In this document: positions 54,110 through 58,923 of the stretch, piece after piece
Numbering within the stretch: the stretch's first letter is position 1
Layout of the letters: each line of letters begins with the position of its first letter
Assembly (NCBI GenBank): GCA_946538065.1
Contig: CAMNGH010000001.1
Location: 1-58,923 of the forward strand
Reading direction: 5' to 3'
DNA length: 58,923 nucleotides
Origin: an uncultured Holosporaceae bacterium
GTDB lineage: Bacteria > Pseudomonadota > Alphaproteobacteria > UBA3830
Translations under genes and position numbers: made by a program
Notes under the pieces: generated by a model
Databases searched by the model: none
What the model was told of the DNA's origin: nothing
What the model saw: only the letters and a program-made list of their open reading frames with translations

Positions 54110-56194
54110 CTAACCGGCTGCCGGTGGTGGCAATGTAGCCACAAGCCTAATAGATGCCGTAAGTTCCTCTAACTGGAAATGAGGTCTCAAGAAAATAGTC
54201 GCTTTATAAGACCCAGGTTTACCCGGAATATCAAATACGTCTATTCTCGCCTCTCTTAACGGATATCTCGCTTTCAATTCCTGGTTTGCCGCATCATTCA
54301 ACAAAACGTAACTTGCAATCCAGTTATTCAAATACAAAGCAACATTATCTCGAGTCAGGAACGAGCCTACTTTATCTCGCATAATTGCTTTTATGTAATG
54401 AGCGAACCTCGAAGCCGCCAACAGATACGGAAGTCTTGCGCTGAGTGCAGCATTAGCATTTGCCTCATCCGTATTGTAAACTTTTGGTTTCTGAGTGGTT
54501 TGACCTCCGAAGAATGCAGCAAAATCCGTTCCTTTACTATGGCATATTGCTAAGAATCCCATATTGCTCAATTCTTTCTCTCGCCTGTCGGTAATTGCTA
54601 TCTCTGTCGGACACTTCAATGCAATATCTCCATCGGTGGTCTTAAATGTATAAGCAGGCAGACCTTCAACCAGTCCTCCACCTTCAACACCACGAATAGC
54701 AGCAGGCCATTTATATAACGAAACAGCATGTCCAATTCTCTCTCCCATCACGAAAGCTGCATTTCCCCAACAGAACTGAGAGTTATCTGCGCCGTCAATA
54801 GATTCGACATAATTCAATCCGTCAACCGGCAATGTATCAGGTCCATAAGGAAGTCTCATTAAAACTCTCGGAAGGACAAGTGCGACATATCTTGAATCCT
54901 CGCTGTCTCTGAAAGACCGCCACTTTATCATTTCTGTGCTCTCGAATATCTTTGAAATATCTCTTGGTTCAGCGAGATGTGCAAAGCTATCCATATCGAA
55001 CATTTTTGGATGCGCTGCCGCAATAAACGGAGCATGAGCCGCCGCTGCGACATTCGAAATCTTCTCCAACAGCAAAATATCCTGCGGATGACGAGTAAAT
55101 TCGTATCCACCGATTAAGCATGAGTACGGATGACCGCCGAAAGTGCCATATTCTTCTTCGTATACTTTCTTAAACAACTGGCTTTGGTCGAATTCAACCG
55201 CATGCTCCAAGTCATCCAAAAGCTCTTTCTTGGTTACGTTCATCACTCTTATCTTTAATTGAGTGCTGGTTTCCGTATTCATAACCAAGTAGTAAAGTGC
55301 TCTCCAAGTCCCCTCTAATTCCTGAAACGCTTTGTTATGAAGAATTTCATTAATCTGCGTGCTCAATATAACATCGATATCCGCAATTGCTTTTTCAACA
55401 AATACTAACGGGTTCTTTACGCTGGTAATTTTTGCTTCTTCAATTTTAAATAACAGTTCAATTAAGATATTACAGGCGTTGACTTCTGCTTCAGGATCAC
55501 GCGCCATTTTACCTTCATTAAACATTTCCTTCAGGATTTCTCTAGTTGGTTTTGAAGCATCTGCCGCCGGAGCTGCCGCACCATCTGCCGGTTTTGCAGC
55601 ATCCGCTGGTTTTGCAGGCGCATCTTTTGCCTGAGAAGAATCTGTCTGCTCTGTCGTCGTAGCGAAATCAGCAGTAACTGTCTGCTTATTTGCCTTCAAA
55701 ACCGCATCTATCTGAAGCTTCAGCGCTGCTCTCAAATCCGCATCAGAGACTATTTCTTTAACCAAATTCTGGAGAGGATCATTACCCTCAAGCTTCACGA
55801 CCAAATCATTCAGTCGAACTCTCGAAGAATAAATCTTATTAAGTTTCGGGACTTGCTTTGCAATACTCACAGGACCGAAATCATCGATATGCTTAAAGAA
55901 GAGTTCCGCGTTAAGATCTTCCGCCCCATCACCCAATGTATCTTTTACCTGTATAGCCAATCTTGGATTAATCGACATCATAAATTCAGGTAGATTATCT
56001 CTGTCCACTTCAACGAATTTCCTCATCTTTATCGGAGGTAACTCATCTGCCGGCATACCTGACAAATCCGCCAAAACTCCCAAAACAAACGGAAGTTCTT
56101 TCATAACAATAGCATTTCCGATTTCTACGTCATACGTAATTTGCACTCGTGGCGGACGTACTCTATCTAATACATGCTGTGTACTTTCAACCAT
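54110..56194 (-). CDS. fused type VI secretion sheath protein TssB-TssC (VipA-VipB in one polypeptide)
   Basis: Residues 1-~165 are TssB-like ([34 protein letters not shown]). Residues ~165-215 form a low-complexity linker ([28 protein letters not shown]). Residues ~215-694 are TssC-like ([21 protein letters not shown]...[16 protein letters not shown]...[22 protein letters not shown]). The 694-codon ORF is uninterrupted. Confidence 0.85.
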   Translation of the reverse strand: MVESTQHVLDRVRPPRVQITYDVEIGNAIVMKELPFVLGVLADLSGMPADELPPIKMRKFVEVDRDNLPEFMMSINPRLAIQVKDTLGDGAEDLNAELFFKHIDDFGPVSIAKQVPKLNKIYSSRVRLNDLVVKLEGNDPLQNLVKEIVSDADLRAALKLQIDAVLKANKQTVTADFATTTEQTDSSQAKDAPAKPADAAKPADGAAAPAADASKPTREILKEMFNEGKMARDPEAEVNACNILIELLFKIEEAKITSVKNPLVFVEKAIADIDVILSTQINEILHNKAFQELEGTWRALYYLVMNTETSTQLKIRVMNVTKKELLDDLEHAVEFDQSQLFKKVYEEEYGTFGGHPYSCLIGGYEFTRHPQDILLLEKISNVAAAAHAPFIAAAHPKMFDMDSFAHLAEPRDISKIFESTEMIKWRSFRDSEDSRYVALVLPRVLMRLPYGPDTLPVDGLNYVESIDGADNSQFCWGNAAFVMGERIGHAVSLYKWPAAIRGVEGGGLVEGLPAYTFKTTDGDIALKCPTEIAITDRREKELSNMGFLAICHSKGTDFAAFFGGQTTQKPKVYNTDEANANAALSARLPYLLAASRFAHYIKAIMRDKVGSFLTRDNVALYLNNWIASYVLLNDAANQELKARYPLREARIDVFDIPGKPGSYKATIFLRPHFQLEELTASIRLVATLPPPAAG

Positions 56195-56294
56195 TATAAC
56201 ACCCTTAATCCAACTCCGGATCGCGGCCTTACCACGACCCTAACTTACTATATTTCTTACAGACTAAATCAAATTGATTTACAATAAGTTAATT

Positions 56295-58226
56295 CTACAA
56301 AAAAGTAATTGGATCAATATCTATTTGAATTTTAACGTTTTTTGGCGTTTTTTGAGAAAAAATCCATTTTTTTATTGCAGAATTTATCGATTTTTTTTGA
56401 GTAGATTGCAGCAAAATACGCCACCTGACTCTTCCTCGCAATAAAAAAATCGGAGCAGGAGCAGGACCGAATATTTTTATTCCAGACGGACATGTATCTC
56501 GCAATTGTTGTGCTACCTTTTTCGTCAGTTCTTTATTGGTGCCGGAGATAATCAGCGATGCAAAGTTAGAATATGGTGGCAATTTATTTGTGCGACGTGA
56601 TTCGATTTCCATATTCAAAAAGGTCATTGGGTTATCAGATTTGAGTGCAGTATATAAAGAATGATTCGGGATAAACGTCTGTATCAATATTTGCCCTTCT
56701 TTCTCCGCACGCCCTGCACGTCCTGCGACTTGATTTATCAACTGATATGTTTTTTCGGCAGCTCGTAAATCCGCTCCGTTCAATCCTAAATCACCATCGA
56801 CAATTCCTACCAGCGTAATATTCGGAAAATGATGTCCCTTCGCTAAAATTTGAGTTCCTATAATAATGTCAGTTTCGTGATTAGTGATTTCATCAATTAG
56901 TTTTTCTATATTTTTTTCGGAATTCATTGTGTCGGAAGAGGCTATTTTAATGCGCGCGCTCGGTAATTTAGATTGAAGTTCCTCAAAAATCCTTTCAACT
57001 CCAGAACCGAATGGAATATATGAATCTTCTTCTCCGCAACTGATACACTTTTTCGGAATATTCATTTTATGTCCGCAGTAATGACAGATTAATTTCTCCG
57101 AATCTTTGTGATAAACCAGCCATGAAGTGCAATTCGGACAAGCGATTTTCTCACCGCATGATTTACATAGAGTTATAGGAGAGTAGCCGCGTCTGTTTAA
57201 ATAGATTAGACATTGTTCTCCACGAGCAATAGTCGCTTTTATATTGTCTAACAACGGCGGAGAAATATGTCCGTCGAATTTGTTTTGGCGCATATCTATA
57301 AGTCGTATCGGCGGAATTTTTGATACACCAAACCGATTTTCAAGCAGAGCATATCCGTATTTGCCACTTTTCGCGTTTATGTAACTTTCCAGAGATGGTG
57401 TCGCTGAAGACAAAATGACTTGGATATTTCGCAAGTGTCCCAGAACAATAGCCATGTCTCTGGCGTTATAAAAACCACCATCTTCTTGTTTGTAAGAAGA
57501 GTCGTGCTCCTCGTCTACTACGATAAGCCCGAGATTCTGAAACGGTAAAAACAAAGCCGAACGCGCTCCGACAATAATGCACGGTTCGCCGGATATCGCT
57601 TTCAGCCATGCTTCTCGTCTGTGTTTCGGTGTAATACCGGAGTTCCAGATAATCGGTTTAAAGCCGAAATACTTTTCGATTCTGTCTGAAATTTGCTTGG
57701 TTAACGCAATTTCCGGAAACAGTATCAGTACTTGTTTTTTCTGCTCGAAGATTTTTTTCGCGACAGCGAGATACACTTCCGTCTTTCCCGAACCCGTAAC
57801 GCCATGCAACAAGCACGGTTTGTTTGCGGATACAATTATTTTTTCGTAAGCAGATTTTTGCTCTTCATTTAATGATATCGGTGCGGCATCGGCAAGCGAC
57901 TGTGTTTTAATATCGGAATTTTTCTTGGTGGTGAACACTGTTTTTTCGCAAAGTATCATTTTCAATACTTGCCCTCTTGGAATGAAGGTATACGACGATA
58001 CCCACTCTAAGAAGTCGCAGTTTACTTTTCCGATATTGTACTCAAACTTTTTTACAATGGATTTCAACTCGATAGTCTCATCGGGCTCATCGTTAGTAAC
58101 AATGCCAATTGTGTTTTTACTTCCGAACGGTACTTCAACGACATCACCGATTTTCACCTCGAAATCGCTTTTATACGAGAAGGCGTTGTTAAACGGTCCG
58201 ATTGGAAGAACAGAAACAGTACTCAT
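56295..58226 (-). CDS. priA: primosomal replication restart helicase PriA
   Basis: LNEEQKSAYEKI, Walker A (GVTGSGKTEVY), DEEHD, a Cys4 zinc cluster (CKSCG...CPNC...CHYCG...CISCG) and GTQILAKGHHFPNITLV. ATG at 58226 (MSTVSVLPIG...) is preferred over the track start at 58334, which would overlap the divergent rlmB-like gene. Confidence 0.92.
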   Translation of the reverse strand: MSTVSVLPIGPFNNAFSYKSDFEVKIGDVVEVPFGSKNTIGIVTNDEPDETIELKSIVKKFEYNIGKVNCDFLEWVSSYTFIPRGQVLKMILCEKTVFTTKKNSDIKTQSLADAAPISLNEEQKSAYEKIIVSANKPCLLHGVTGSGKTEVYLAVAKKIFEQKKQVLILFPEIALTKQISDRIEKYFGFKPIIWNSGITPKHRREAWLKAISGEPCIIVGARSALFLPFQNLGLIVVDEEHDSSYKQEDGGFYNARDMAIVLGHLRNIQVILSSATPSLESYINAKSGKYGYALLENRFGVSKIPPIRLIDMRQNKFDGHISPPLLDNIKATIARGEQCLIYLNRRGYSPITLCKSCGEKIACPNCTSWLVYHKDSEKLICHYCGHKMNIPKKCISCGEEDSYIPFGSGVERIFEELQSKLPSARIKIASSDTMNSEKNIEKLIDEITNHETDIIIGTQILAKGHHFPNITLVGIVDGDLGLNGADLRAAEKTYQLINQVAGRAGRAEKEGQILIQTFIPNHSLYTALKSDNPMTFLNMEIESRRTNKLPPYSNFASLIISGTNKELTKKVAQQLRDTCPSGIKIFGPAPAPIFLLRGRVRWRILLQSTQKKSINSAIKKWIFSQKTPKNVKIQIDIDPITFL

Positions 58227-58313
58227 CTGAGCAATATCCAAACACTTACACTTTATATATAGCCTTTTTATTTCATTTGCGGTAGCCTTACGGTGATGAA
58301 ACATCGGGATAGT

Positions 58314-58923
58314 ATGAATAAAAAACGTCATCAATCAGAGGCTATGTGGCTGTATGGAAAGCATGCGGTAAAGGCGGCTTTGCAAAATCCGCAACGTGAA
58401 GTGCTCAGGTTTGTGGTATCTGAAAATAATCTCGATTTTGCAGAAGAATGTCATGTGCGTGGCATAAAAACGGAAATCGCGGATAAGAATTTTTTTGCGA
58501 TAACTTTTGGTAAGGAGGCAACACATCAGGGATGTGCGGTGCAAGTGAAAAAGCTTCCTGAAGTGTTTATAGAAGATGTTATCGAGGATGAAAATGATAC
58601 TCGTCCGATAGTTTTTCTCGATAAAGTAACTGATCCTCAAAACGTCGGAAGTATCATGCGAGCTGCGGCGGTATTCGGCGCAAGAGCAATTGTCATTGCA
58701 GAAGACAACAGTCCAGAGTTGACGGCTTCTGTTGCAAAAACCGCGTCAGGAGCAGCTGAAATTATTCCGATAATTCGTGTTACGAATTTAGTACACACCA
58801 TCAAAGACTTAAAAAAACAAGGTTTTTGGTGCGTTGGTTTAGACGAACGTGGGGATAAAACAATCAGCGAAGTGCCACTGGATGGGAAGATCATTTTTGT
58901 TATAGGTAGTGAGGGAAGCGGAA
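58314..58923 (+). CDS. SpoU/TrmH-family RNA 2'-O-methyltransferase (RlmB-like), 5' part; runs off the window end
   Basis: Plus-strand translation gives MNKKRHQSEAMWLYGKHAVKAALQNPQREV...FLDKVTDPQNVGSIMRAAAVFGARAIV...GFWCVGLDERGD...IIFVIGSEGSG, the SpoU motifs 1-2. Not in the ORF track because no stop lies within the window. An alternative start is ATG at 58344. Confidence 0.85.
   Translation, partial: MNKKRHQSEAMWLYGKHAVKAALQNPQREVLRFVVSENNLDFAEECHVRGIKTEIADKNFFAITFGKEATHQGCAVQVKKLPEVFIEDVIEDENDTRPIVFLDKVTDPQNVGSIMRAAAVFGARAIVIAEDNSPELTASVAKTASGAAEIIPIIRVTNLVHTIKDLKKQGFWCVGLDERGDKTISEVPLDGKIIFVIGSEGSG

Noticed and set aside
55555-55625. GC-rich imperfect 15-nt repeats, considered as an independent repeat element or an assembly artefact
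   Set aside because: They are in frame and encode the AKPAD-type linker of the TssB-TssC fusion, so I treat them as coding low-complexity sequence. Artefact cannot be fully excluded without reads, as noted in the fusion finding.
58335-58894. Two minus-strand ORFs (101 aa and 85 aa) after priA
   Set aside because: The plus strand here encodes a clear SpoU/TrmH-family methyltransferase (motifs DPQNVGSIMRAAAVFG, VIGSEGSG) that the track omitted because it lacks a stop in the window. The minus ORFs are its antisense shadows.
1-58923. CRISPR arrays, rRNA genes, transposases/integrases, prophage genes and toxin-antitoxin pairs
   Set aside because: I scanned for regularly spaced direct repeats, rRNA-like conserved stretches and DDE/tyrosine-recombinase motifs in the ORF translations and found none. 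The only repeats are the 76-bp pair and the intragenic duplications reported above.

Overview
AT-rich (by eye roughly 35-40% G+C), very gene-dense window. Gene content and order (bamA-skp-lpxD, HemY-like TPR gene, CckA-like kinase, COG3807-type SH3 protein) suggest a reduced, probably host-associated alphaproteobacterium (Holosporales/Rickettsiales-like). That taxonomic call is inference. About 49 kb (1-49310) is one co-directional minus-strand block of housekeeping clusters: lpxD'-skp-bamA-rseP-cdsA-uppS-frr-pyrH-tsf-rpsB; rsmD-suhB; rpsI-rplM; nusG-secE-tRNA-Trp; ftsZ-ftsA-ftsQ-ddl-murB-murC-murG; gatB-gatA; trmD-rimM-rpsP; and prfB with its programmed +1 frameshift. Accessory and unusual content is embedded in this backbone. 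(1) A type VI secretion system is split into two loci: tssK-tssL-tssM-tssA at 37.8-45.2 kb, and a sheath/tube locus at 52.8-56.2 kb. The second locus has TssB and TssC fused into one 694-aa ORF, followed by two divergent tandem Hcp paralogues. No tssE/F/G, vgrG, clpV or tssJ is present in the window. (2) A two-gene mevalonate module (HMG-CoA synthase plus a divergent short class-I HMG-CoA reductase) abuts the truncated dcw cluster. (3) A ~3 kb islet between gatA and the CckA-like kinase is bracketed by ~76-bp direct repeats. It carries a translationally coupled pair of secreted proteins and a decayed DUF4143-type ATPase remnant. (4) Several orphan secreted or lipoprotein genes are present, two with RI-like leucine-rich-repeat character and one with an in-frame 159-bp tandem duplication. 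(5) A small membrane-anchored coiled-coil gene sits upstream of the HemY-like gene, in the position of alphaproteobacterial Mic60. RNA genes are tRNA-Trp(CCA) and a 4.5S/SRP RNA upstream of dnaX. No CRISPR, rRNA, transposase or integrase was seen.
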